DNA of 64,000 nucleotides from Felis catus (lineage: Eukaryota): assembly GCF_018350175.1 (NCBI RefSeq), contig NC_058368.1:55430001-55494000 (forward strand), given 5' to 3'. Both the position numbers and the translations under genes were made by a program. Shown here piece by piece: positions 10,397-21,274 of this stretch. The notes under the pieces were generated by a model. The model did not search any database, was not told where the DNA came from, and was given only the letters and a program-made list of their open reading frames with translations. The stretch's first letter is position 1. The number at the start of each line of letters is the position of its first letter.

Positions 10397-13300
10397 ATGG
10401 CAATAAATTCATATATTTCAGTACTCTAAACGTCTATGGATTCAATGCTCCAATCAAAAGACATAGGCTAACAGAATGGATAAGAAAACAAGACCCATCT
10501 ATATGCTGTTTACAAGAAACCCACTTTAGACCTAAAGACACCTACAGATTGAAAATAAAGGGATGGAGAAGCATTTATCATGCTAATGGTCAACAAAAGA
10601 AAGCCAGAGTAACCATACTTATATCAGACAAACTAGACTTTAAAATAAAGACTGTATCAAGAGATGCAGAAGGGCATAATATCATAATCAAAGGGTCTAT
10701 AGACCAAGAAAACCTAACAATTGTAAACATTAATGCGCCAAATGTGAAAGCACCCAAATATATAAATCAATTAATCACAAACATAAAGAAACCCATCGAT
10801 AGTAATACCATAATAGTAGGAGATTTCAACGCCGCATTCACAGCAATGGACAGATCATCTACTCAAAAAATCAACAAGGAAACAATGGCTTTGAATGACA
10901 CACTGGACTGGATGGACTTAAAGTATATATTCAGAACATTTCATCCTACAGCAGCAGAATATACATTCTTCTCCAGTGCACATGGAACGTTCTCCAGAAT
11001 AGACCATATACTGGGACACAAGTCAGCCCTAAGTAAGTACAAAAAGATCGAGATCATACCGTGCATATTTTCAGACACAATGCTATGAAACTCGAAATCA
11101 ACCACAAGAAAAAATTTGGAAAGGTAACAAATACTTGGAGACTGAGGAACATCCTACTAAAGAATGAATGGGCTAACCAAGCAGTTAAAGAAGAAATTAA
11201 AAAGTATATGAAGGTCAATGAAAATGATAATACCACAACCCAAAACCTCTGGGACACAGCAAAGGCAGTCATAAGAGGAAAGTATATAGCAATCCAGGCC
11301 TTCCTAAAAAAGGAAGAAAGATCTCAGATACACAACCTAACCTTATGCCTTAAGGAGCTAGAAAAAGAACAGCAAATAAAACCCCAAACGACCAGAAGAC
11401 AGGAAATAATAAAGATTAGAGCAGAAATTAATGCTATCAAAACCAAAAAACAAAACAAAACAAAACAGTAGAGCAGATCAATGAAACCAGAAGCTGGTTC
11501 TTTGAAAGAATTAACAAAATTGATAAACCACTAGCCAGTTTGATCAAGAAGAAAAAGGAAAGGACCCAAATAAGTAAAATCAAGAATGAAAGAGGAGAAA
11601 TCACAACCAACACAACAGAAATAAAAACAATAATAAGAGAATATTATGAACAATTATATGCCAATAAAATGGGCAATATGGAAGAAATGGACAAATTCCT
11701 AGAAACATATACACTATCAAAACTGAAACAGGAAGAAATAGAAAATTTGAACACACCCATAACCAGTAAGGAACTCGAATTAGTAATCAAAAATCTGCCA
11801 AAAAACAAGAGTCCAGGGCCAGATGGCTTTCCAGGGGAGTTCTACCAAACATTTAAGGAAGAGTTAACACCTATTCTCTTGAAACTGTTCCAAAAAATAG
11901 AAATGGAAGCAAAACTTCCAAACTCTTTCTATGAAGCCAGCATTACCCTGATTCCAAAACCAGACAGAGACCCCACCAAAAAGGAGAACTATAGACCAAT
12001 TTCCCTGATGAACATGGATGCCAAAATCCTCAACAAGATATTAGCCAACCGGCTTCAACAATACATTAAAAACAATTATTCACCACGACCAAGTAGGATT
12101 TATACCTGGGATGCAGGGCTGTTTCAATATCTAAAAAACAATTAACATGATTCATCACATTAATAAAAGAAAGGACAAGAACCATATCATCCTCTCAATA
12201 GATGCAGAGGAAGCATTTGACAAAATACAGAATCCTTTCTTGATAAAATCCCTCAAGAAAGTAGGGATAGATGGAGCATATCTCGAGATCATAAAAGCCA
12301 TATATGAATGACCCAACGCTAAGATCCTCCTCAATAGGGAAAAACTGAGAGCTTTCCCCCTAAGGTCAGGAACAAGACAGGGATGTCCACTCTTGCCACT
12401 GTTATTCAACATAGTATGGGAAATCTTAGCCTCTACAATCAGACAACACAATAAATAAAAGGCATCCAGATCATCCAGGAGGAGGTCAAACTTTCACTCT
12501 TTGCAGAAGCATGATACTCTATATGGAAAAAACAAAATATTCTACCAAAAAACTGCTAGAATTGATCCATGAATTCAAGAAGTTACAGGATATAAATCTA
12601 TACACAGGAATCGGTTACCTTCCTATACACCAACATTGAAGGGACAGAAAGAGAAATCAAGGAATTGATCCCATTTACAGTTGAACCAGAAACCATGAAA
12701 CACCTAGGAATAAATCAAACCAACGAGGTGAAAAATCTGTACACTGAAAACTGTAGAAACCTTATGAAAGAAACTGAAGAAGACAAAAAAATGGAAAAAG
12801 ATTCCATGCTCCTGGATAGGAAGAACAAATATTGTTCAAATGTCGATACTACCCAAAGCAATCTACATATTCAACGCAATCCCTATCAAAGTAACACCAG
12901 CATACTTCACAGAGCTAGAACAAATAATCCTAAAATTTGTACGGAACCAGAAAAGACCCCAAATAACCAAAGCAATCTTGAAACAGAAAACCAGGGGCGC
13001 CTGGGTGGCGCAGTCGGTTAAGCGTCCGACTTCAGCCAGGTCACGATCTCACGGTCCGGGAGTTCGAGCCCCGCGTCAGGCTCTGGGCTGATGGCTCAGA
13101 GCCTGGAGCCTGTTTCCGATTCTGTGTCTCCCTCTCTCTCTGCCCCTCCCCCGTTCATGCTCTGTCTCTCTCTGTCCCAAAAATAAATAAACGTTGAAAA
13201 AAAAAATTTAAAAAAAAAAAAAAAAAAAAGAAAACCAAAGCAGGAGGCATCACAATCCAAGACCTCAAGCTATACTACAAAGCTGTAATCATCAAGACAG

Positions 13301-14451
13301 TATGGTACTGGCACAAAAACAGACACTCAGATCAATGGAACAGAATAGAGAACCCAGAAATGGACCCACAAACGTATGGCCAACTCATCTTTGACAAAGC
13401 AGGAAAGAATATCCAATGGAATAAAGACAGCCTCTTCAGCAAGTGGTGCTGGGAAAACTGGACAACGACAGGTAGAAGAAAGAACCTGGACCACTTTCTT
13501 ACACCATACACAAAAATAAACTCAAAGTGAATGAATGACCTCAATGTAAGACAGGAAGCCATCAAAATCTTCAAGGAGAAAGCAGGCAAAACCTCTTTGA
13601 TCTTGCCCGTGGCAATTTTTTACTCAACATGTCTCCAGAGGCAAGGGAATCAAAAGCAAAAATGAGCTCCTGGGACCTCATCAAAATAAAAAGCTTCTGC
13701 ACAGCAAAGGAAACAATCAGCAAAACTAAAAGGCAACTGACAGAATGGGAGAAGATATTTGCAAATGACATATCAGATAAAGGGTTAGTATCCAAAATCT
13801 ACAAAGAATTTATCAAACTCAACACCGAAAAAACAAATAATCCAGTGAAGAATGGGCAAAAGACATGAGTAGACACTTCTCCAAAGAAGACATCCAGATG
13901 GCCAGCCGACACATGAAAAAATGCTCAACTTCACTCATCATCAGGGAAATACAAATCAAAACCACAATGAGATACCACCTTACACCTGTCAGAACGGCTA
14001 ACGTTAATAACTAGGCAACAACACATGTTGGTGAGGATGCCGAGAAAGAGGATCTCTTTTGCATTGTTGGTGGGAATGCAAACTGGTGCAGCCACTCTTG
14101 AAACAGTATGGGGGAACTAAAAATAGAACTACCCTATGACCCAGCAATTGCACTACTAGGCATTTATCCAAGGGATACAGGTGTGCTGTTTCGAAGGGAC
14201 ACATGCACCCCCAAGTTTATAGCAGCACTATCAACAGTAGCCAAAGTATGGAAAGAGCCCAAATGTCCATCGATGGATGAATGGATAAAGAAGAAATGGT
14301 ATATATATACAATGGAGTATTAGTCGGCAATCAAAAAGAATGAAATCTTGCCATTTGCAACTACGTGGATGGAATTGGAGGGTATTATGCTAAGTGAAAT
14401 TAGTCAGAGAAAGACAAAAATCATATGACTTCACTCATATGAGGACTTTAA
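10397..14451 (+). pseudogene. L1 ORF2p (EN/RT) pseudogene, many frameshifts and a SINE insertion
   Basis: Fragments containing [20 protein letters not shown] and RPISLMN; the FADD motif is frameshifted near 12505. Confidence 0.95.
12994..13228 (+). mobile_element. Young feline Can-SINE inserted into L1 ORF2
   Basis: ggggcgcctgggtggcgcagtcgg... with long A tail; TSD agaaaacca at 12985-12993 and 13229-13237. Confidence 0.97.
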
Positions 14452-14889
14452 GAGACAAAACAGATGAACATAAGGGAAGGGAATCAAAAATAATATAAAA
14501 ACAGGGAGGGGGACAAAACAAATAGACTCATAACTATGGAGAACAAACTGAGGGTTGCTGGAGGGGTTGTGGGAGGGGGGATGGGCTAAATGGGTAAGGG
14601 GCAATAAGGAATTTACTCCTGAAATCATTGCTTCAGTATATACTAATTTGGATGTAAATCTTAAAAATAAAAAAATAAAGTTAAATTATTTAAAAAAAAA
14701 TGAATTGTACTTCTTTCTAGTCAGTATAAATTTTCTTTGTTTTTCATCTTTTTCACACTTCATACATGTTCTTTCCCAGTTCAAGGAGTACACTTTTATT
14801 CCTTGGATCTTAGAGTTTTTATCATAACTGTACATTCAATTCTGTCCGATGCTTTTTTTAAAATCTACTGAGATAAGCATTTTTGTTTC

Positions 14890-15001
14890 TTTTTTCTTTT
14901 TAAATTTATGTAAGTAATCTCTATACATAATGTGAGGCTCGAACTCACTATCCCAAGATCAAGAGTCATATACTCCTCAGACTGAGCCACCCAGGCACCC
15001 C
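14890..15001 (-). mobile_element. Short older Can-SINE (tRNA-Lys-like head, no CT region)
   Basis: gctcgaactcac...gagccacccaggcaccc with T-rich tail. Confidence 0.8.
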
Positions 15002-15139
15002 TTATTTTCTTTGTTAATATTGTGAAGTACAATAATTGTTTTCTTAATTTTGAACTAAACTTTGATTCCTAGCATAAATTCTTCCTGATCAGATTAGGGA
15101 AATATTTTATCTTATTGCTGAAAATTTTTTGCTAATATT

Positions 15140-15352
15140 AAAAAAAATATTTTTTAATGTTTATTTTTGAGAGAGAGAGGGAGACAAAGTGTGAGCGGGG
15201 AGGGCAGAGACAGAGACACAGAATCCAAAGTAGGTTCCAGGCTCTGAGTTGTCAGCACAGAGCCCAAAACACAGAGCTCAAACTCAAAAATCATGAGATC
15301 ATGACCTGAGCCAAAGTCAGATGCTTAACTGACTGAGCCCCCCAGGAGCCCC
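15140..15352 (-). mobile_element. Can-SINE
   Basis: SINE body; flanking tttgctaatatt repeat. Confidence 0.9.
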
Positions 15353-15550
15353 TATTTGCTAATATTTTAAAGATATTTATTTGTTTATTCTCATGAAAAA
15401 TATTGGTCTGTAATTTTAACTTCTTTTAATATATTTATTAAATTTTGATGTCAGGGTAATGCTGGCCTCATAATAAAGAGTGTTAAGTAGTCCCTCCTAT
15501 CTATTTTTTGGAATCCAGAATTGAAATTAAGTCATCTTTAAATATTTTCT

Positions 15551-15777
15551 TTTTTTTTTATGAAAATTTTTTTTAACGTTTATTTATTTTTGAGACAGAG
15601 AGAGACAGAGCATGAACGGGGGAGGGGCAGAGAGAGAGGGAGACACAGAATGTGAAACAGGCTCCAGGCTCTGAGCCGTCAGCACAGAGCCTGATGCGGG
15701 GCTCGAACTCACGGACCGCGAGATCGTGACCTGAGCCGAAGTCGGATGCTCAACCGAATGAGCCACCCAGGAGCCCC
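15551..15777 (-). mobile_element. Can-SINE (feline type)
   Basis: TSD taaatattttct at 15539-15550 and 15778-15789. Confidence 0.95.
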
Positions 15778-16039
15778 TAAATATTTTCTAGCATTCACAA
15801 GATATTTGGGACTAGAGTTTTCTTTTGGGAGGAGGTTTTTAACCAGGGATTCAATTTATTTAAAAGATTGATACATTTCAATTTATCTCCTTTCATGAGT
15901 GAGCTTTATAAAGTACTTTGTATCTTGCAAATCACCTGACCATTTCATCCACATGACCATTTATATGGGCATATCTCTTTTTAATATATGTAGGATCTAT
16001 AATGATGTCCTCTATTTTACTCCTGATATTAATGATCTG

Positions 16040-16325
16040 TACCTTCCCTCTTATATTTTCTTTTCTTTTCTCTTTTCTTTTCTTTTCTTTTTCTTTCTTT
16101 CTTTCTTTCTTTCTTTTTTTTTTTTTTTTTTTGAGAGAAAGAGAGAGTACAAGTGAGTGAGGGGCAGAGGGAGAGGGAGAGAGAGTGTGGTGCAGGAAGA
16201 GGGGCTCGTGCTCACCTGAAGTGGGCCTCACGCTCACCCAACGTGGGGCTTGAACTCAGGAACCATGAGATCATGACCTGAGCCGAAGTCAGATGCTTAA
16301 CAGACTGAGCCACCAAGTTGCCCCC
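16040..16325 (-). mobile_element. Can-SINE variant with (TTTC)n tail
   Basis: Body contains a duplicated gctcacc...gtggg segment; flanked by cctctta. Confidence 0.85.
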
Positions 16326-16471
16326 CTCTTACATTCTTAAAATGTCTTTTATCATTTTTTTCTTGATCTTTATGGAGAATAAGCTATTGGTCTTTCTAAT
16401 TTCTGATCTTTATTATTTACTACGTTCAGCAGATATTCAGCTAATTTTGCTATTAATTGGCAAGTATTTTT

Positions 16472-16702
16472 ATTTTTTATTAAAAAAAATTTTTTTTTTC
16501 AACGTTTACTTATTTTTGGGACAGAGAGAGACAGAGCATGAACGGGGGAGGGGCAGAGAGAGAGGGAGACACAGAATCGGAAACAGGCTCCAGGCTCTGA
16601 GCCATCAGCCCAGAGCCTGACGCGGGGCTCGAACTCACAGACCGCGAGATCGTGACCTGGCTGAAGTCGGACGCTTAACCAACTGCGCCACCCAGGCGCC
16701 CC
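16472..16702 (-). mobile_element. Young feline Can-SINE
   Basis: Near-identical to the copies at 4125 and 31113; imperfect 17-bp TSD at 16455-16471 and 16704-16720. Confidence 0.95.
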
Positions 16703-16923
16703 AAATTTGCGAGTATTTTTAATTGGGATCTCAGATTTTTGGTTTGAAACCTATCTTGTTTTCTAGTAAATGGAATTAATGATACAAATTTCTCTTCGTA
16801 AACTGAATTCCGAAAAAAATATTTCTTTTTTTTCATTACCGCTCAAACTATTGTCTGATTTCTCTCTTGATTTTTTCTTTGTCCAATAGGTTATTTGGAA
16901 AAATGTCATTTAATTTCCAAATA

Positions 16924-17066
16924 CAGTAAAACCTTGGATTAGGAGTAACTTGTTTTGTGAGTGTGCCACAAGACAAGCAAACATTTCTAATAATTTTTAA
17001 CTTGATAAATGAGCAATCTTTCAATATGAGTAGTATGTGATGCTGAACATCACAGCCCATGGCCTT

Positions 17067-17107
<41 letters not shown>

Positions 17108-18168
17108 TTCTCACTGCGAGATTGTGGGTGATCGTCTCCCATGCTTAGATGCTCAGTCTCAGGCCACAGTATTTAGCAGAAATCAGTGATTTTTTCAGAA
17201 CGTTGAAAAGTGCCCACAACTGGCACTAGTGTATTTTTGTCACTTCAAAGCACCTATGGACAGTCCTTTGCTTTTTCATACAAGAGTAAGCTTTGGATTC
17301 CTTTGCTTCTTTCTAGGTCAGGCTACCTGCAGATAGAGACTTTTTGCTGCTTTATTGACAGTTACATTAAATATAGCATATGACAAGAGTTTATTAGTAC
17401 TGTACATGTAGTCAACATCCATATGAACTTATACAACGGCCCCCATGCAGAAAAAGGTTGAAAAGAAAGGTGATAAAAGATGATTATGGTGGCAGTTAAG
17501 AAGGAAATAAATCCTTGAGAAGCACGAATGAGGTATGTAAGTGACCAAGATTGCAAGATTTTATAAGAAGCCTACATATGCATGTCCTCTGCAGAAGAGG
17601 AGGAGAAAAAAGTGGAGGAATCCCTCACTTCAAATGAGATTAGGAAGAAGTGTAAAATGTGGGAAACAGCACAAAATTTTGTAGAAAACACCACCCTAAT
17701 AAGGCCGAAGCAGTGTGAGTGATGAATCTGTTTAACCACAATGCAATGTCACATTTCTGTGAAACCCTCAAAGGAGGCAAAAGCAGCTGTCATTGGATAG
17801 GTTCCTTACTAAAATTGCAGCGTAAGAAAAAGATTCCATTGAGCCAATAGATAGCAATGTTTCTGTTATGAAAGTGAAAGTTATCCTACATAATAACCCT
17901 CCTCTCTTATGTCTCCCTCACATCAGCCACGAAGATTTTCAAAGGTAAGTGCATGTTAATTTGTTTATTTTTCTTAATATTTTGTATTTTATTATTATGT
18001 ATTATATTACAGTATTGTAATCATTTGTATATGAATAGTTTTGGGTTGTGGAACAAATCATCTGAGTTTCCATTATTTCTTATGGGGAAATTCGCTTTGA
18101 TATACAAGTGCTTTGTATTACAAGTATGTTTCTGGAATGAATTATGCTTGCAAACCAAGGTTTTACTA
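16924..18168 (+). mobile_element. Tigger (Tc1/mariner-pogo) non-autonomous DNA transposon, internally deleted (Tigger2a_Car-like)
   Basis: TIRs cagtaaaaccttgg... and ...ccaaggttttact(a), with TA on both sides. Remnants of a transposase N-terminal HTH at ~17440-17580 and of the acidic C-terminus (EEEEKKVEESLTSNEIR...QLSLDRF). Confidence 0.88.
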
Positions 18169-18655
18169 TATTTGGGTATTTTTCAGATACCCTTCTGTTA
18201 TCAGTTTTTATTTAATGTTATGTTGTCAGAAAATATACAGTTTAAGTTTGTCGACACTTCTTTTTTGCCAGAATATGGCCTACATTATTAAATGTTCCAA
18301 AAACCCTTGAAATTCTGCTGTTGTTTGATGAAGTGTCCTATAAAAGGCAATTAGGTTAAATTATTTAATATTTTTTGTCTATTTGTTTTATTAATTACTG
18401 AAAGAGAAATATGGAGGTCCCAAATATATTTTTCTTTTCAGTGTTAATGGTTTTTGCTACTTTTTGAACTTACAATTTATGTACACATATTCTAAATTCT
18501 TATATCTTCTTGGTGATTTCTTTGACTCTGTCAATCTTTTAACCTAGGAGTTCCTTTGATAACACATAGGTGGTACTTGTTATTTACCTAATTTGAAAAG
18601 CTCTGCTTGGAGTATTTAGATTATTTACATTTACTGTAATTATTCATATGGCTCA

Positions 18656-18865
18656 TTTTTCTTAACGTTTATTTATTTTTGAAGGAGAGAGAGACAGAGT
18701 GTGAGCAGGTGAGGTACAGAGGAAGAGGGAGACACAGAATCTGAAGGAAGCTCCAGCTCTGAGCTGTCAAGACAGAACCCGATGCAGGGCTTGAACCCAT
18801 GAGCCATGAGATCATGACCTGAGCCAAAGTCAGACACTTAACCAACTGAGACATCCAGGTGCCCC
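18656..18865 (-). mobile_element. Can-SINE
   Basis: TSD tcatatggctca at 18644-18655 and 18866-18877. Confidence 0.93.
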
Positions 18866-19044
18866 TCATATGGCTCACTTTAAACCTCCTATATTGCTAT
18901 TTGTTCTTCTTTATTCCACCTGTTCCTTGTTCTTATTATTCTGCATTTTTCTGGCTTATTAAAGTATTTTTTAAAAGATTCTACATTATTTCCATCATTA
19001 CTAATTAGTTTTAACCTTTTCTTTTTTAAATGGCTATCTTTAGG

Positions 19045-19048
<4 letters not shown>

Positions 19049-19091
<43 letters not shown>
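19049..19091. repeat. (TA)n microsatellite
   Basis: About 21 perfect TA units. Confidence 0.95.
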
Positions 19092-19094
<3 letters not shown>

Positions 19095-20127
19095 ATTATT
19101 TACCACATTCAACTTTCAAATTATTTATAAATGATTATGTTATACTACCACTTCATATAGAGTTTAAATACCTATCATCTCCTGTAACATAGTCCATCAT
19201 TTTATTTTGTATACTATTTTCACTTTAGACAGTCCCTTATCTTGCAGAGCAACTAAAATTAAAAAATATTTTATACTTAACCTCTTTTAATATTATCTTC
19301 AGCATTACTCAGGTCTAGTAGATGCAAGTGTCTCATGTCCAAATGAAGGTCTTAGGGATTTTCTTTACCTTTTCTTGAGTCACTGATAACTGAAATTATA
19401 TTCTCTCATGGTTTGCTTTTCTGACAATGAAGTTTTTAAACTTATTTTTTGAAATATGTTTTTGCTTGTGATAAGATTCTAGGTAGACAGTTTTTTTCTT
19501 CCCCTTTCAGTACTTTAAAGAAGTCATTGCGATGGATGGCTTCTATTTGCATATTTTCTGCTTATTGTTTATATTTGTTTTCTGCCAGCATTTTTCTTTA
19601 ACTCTGGATGTCATTTATTGGATTTTCAGGGTTTTTGGCTATGATGTGATTTCCTTTACTGTGCCTGGCATTATTATTCATAATAACTAAAATTAGCAAT
19701 AAATAACAATAAATAACAATAACATGTATTTAATCATCTCACTTGGAGTTCTCTGATGTTCTTATAGCTGTAGATTGAAATCTTTTATTATTTTTTAATA
19801 GTTAAATACATAGTTAAGCTGATCAAAAAGATGTATAGAGCAGCAAACATATCCTGAATAACAGTGAGTTAGTGAGCATGAATCCATTTCTAATTGCTTA
19901 ACTGATACATTTATTCATACATACTTAATTTCATAAACTGCTTATTATGTGCATGCTATTGTGCTTATTGATATGACAATTCAAAATGACTTGAAAAATA
20001 AATGAATAATTTTATCAGTGTATGAATGAAGGAACAAAATAAACATAACTAGAAAAACTGAATTTCAAGGAACCTACACTGCATTTTATTTCGTCTGTGT
20101 TTTATACATTATAATTGAACATTAACT

Positions 20128-20365
20128 TTTTTGAGTTCTTACCATTAGCAAAGCACTGCTCTTGAAATTTTACATGGATGAACTCTTAAAACTCACAAAA
20201 GTACTATAAGATAGATATATTATTACTGTTCTTCTCTTTTTTTTAAATCAGATTTGCAGATTCGATATATTAAGTGACTTTTCATGGGTCAAAAAATGAG
20301 AAACTGAACAAACCAAGACTTGAATCCAAAACATCTATATCCAGATGATTTTAACCACCGTGTAA
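20128..20365 (-). mobile_element. MIR SINE, degenerate
   Basis: ttgagttcttacca...gcactg...ctcacaaaa...ttaagtgactt...gtca...gacttgaatcca matches the MIR reverse pattern. Confidence 0.65.
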
Positions 20366-20542
20366 CACAATGAAGTATTTTCATTAGTACTTTGACAGAT
20401 TGTTCAGCATTTCTTTGTTTTTCAGGAATTACAATATGCCAAAGTTCTACAAGCAAAGTCTCCTGTTTCTTGTATGAAAGTTTCACAGATTTGAACTGGA
20501 GGGTATCAGAGGAAGTTTGTGCATTATTTCAGAAATTCTGGC

Positions 20543-21274
20543 TGTCGTAGACTCTGAGTGTGGGGTTCTCTCTTGTCCATCAAGAGAACGGACATAGGAT
20601 TGAAATGTAGGAGAGGCTAATGTCTAGGAGGAGACAACAGCCCCTAGAGTAAGGGTCCTTGCTCCATTTTTATTAGGATCAGAAGGCTTATAAGTGTGAT
20701 GGACATGCACAAAGAGACAATGAAACCATGAACATTAACTCATGGGCTTGGGGGAAAGAGTGCTCTGAAGATATGAGGTGTGGGTCAATACAAAACAAAA
20801 TCCTGGTACTGGGCAGATGGTTGTTTACAGCAGGCATGAGGCACCACCTCTGTTTACCTAAACTTGCCTAGGGGACAAGAAAGACAGAGCATGCTACCTC
20901 AGGGTCAACAAGGCACCTTTCTTTTGCTAATTACTTCTGCTCTAGGCAACTTTGCCCTTCTCTTGTCTATAGCCCTGTTTACCTATTTACCTATTTTGGT
21001 CCTTCCTTCCTGTGAAAGCAACTTTCTGCAATTGTACTAAATTGGGGGGGGGGGTGCTTCCACCCTGAATATCTAATCTTGTTTACCTAATCTTGGATGT
21101 TTCATCCTGAGATTTCCTATTCCTATGCCTTTGTCCTATACTGGGGCCTTTGCCCTGTTTAACCTAATCTTGTTTACTTAATCTTGGATGCATTCATCCT
21201 GTGGCTTTCTATTTCTTTATGACTTATTAACCCATCTGTGCAAGCTCAGGGAATTCCTAAGCTTATCCCCTACA
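20543..21274 (-). mobile_element. Solo LTR, probably betaretrovirus-like (ERVK/ERV2 class)
   Basis: TG...CA ends. On the - strand a TATA-like element (~20690) lies just upstream of AATAAA (~20670), implying a short R. Internal ~90-bp direct repeats; imperfect flanks tctggc/tctgcg. Confidence 0.75.

Larger units (their letters stand above)
7210..14700 (+). mobile_element. Full-length decayed carnivore/feline LINE-1 with long 5'UTR
   Basis: Starts ggggggaggagccaagatg; 5'UTR, ORF1 and ORF2 remnants, G-rich 3'UTR and A tail. TSD gaattgtacttctt at 7196-7209 and 14702-14715 at a tt/aaga EN site. Confidence 0.97.
3540..19800 (-). mobile_element. Ancient fragmented L1M-type LINE-1 acting as host for ERV, L1, Tigger and SINE insertions
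   Basis: Colinear degenerate pieces at about 3540-3964, 6713-7209, 14716-16921 and 18171-19800. Examples: gatgtcagggtaatgctggcctcata at ~15450 (reverse of the YEASITL region) and an EN-like stretch at ~18300. Boundaries approximate. Confidence 0.6.

Noticed and set aside
12994..13080. tRNA-like A/B box sequences
   Set aside because: These are heads of tRNA-derived SINEs, followed by a CT tract, A tail and TSD; not tRNA genes.
14559..14601. G-quadruplex-like G-run cluster (also 35408-35449 on the - strand)
   Set aside because: A standard feature of L1 3'UTRs; not novel.
20426..20502. Possible + strand exon (tttttcag|...|gtatca)
   Set aside because: Weak donor, stops in two frames, and no recognisable peptide in the third.
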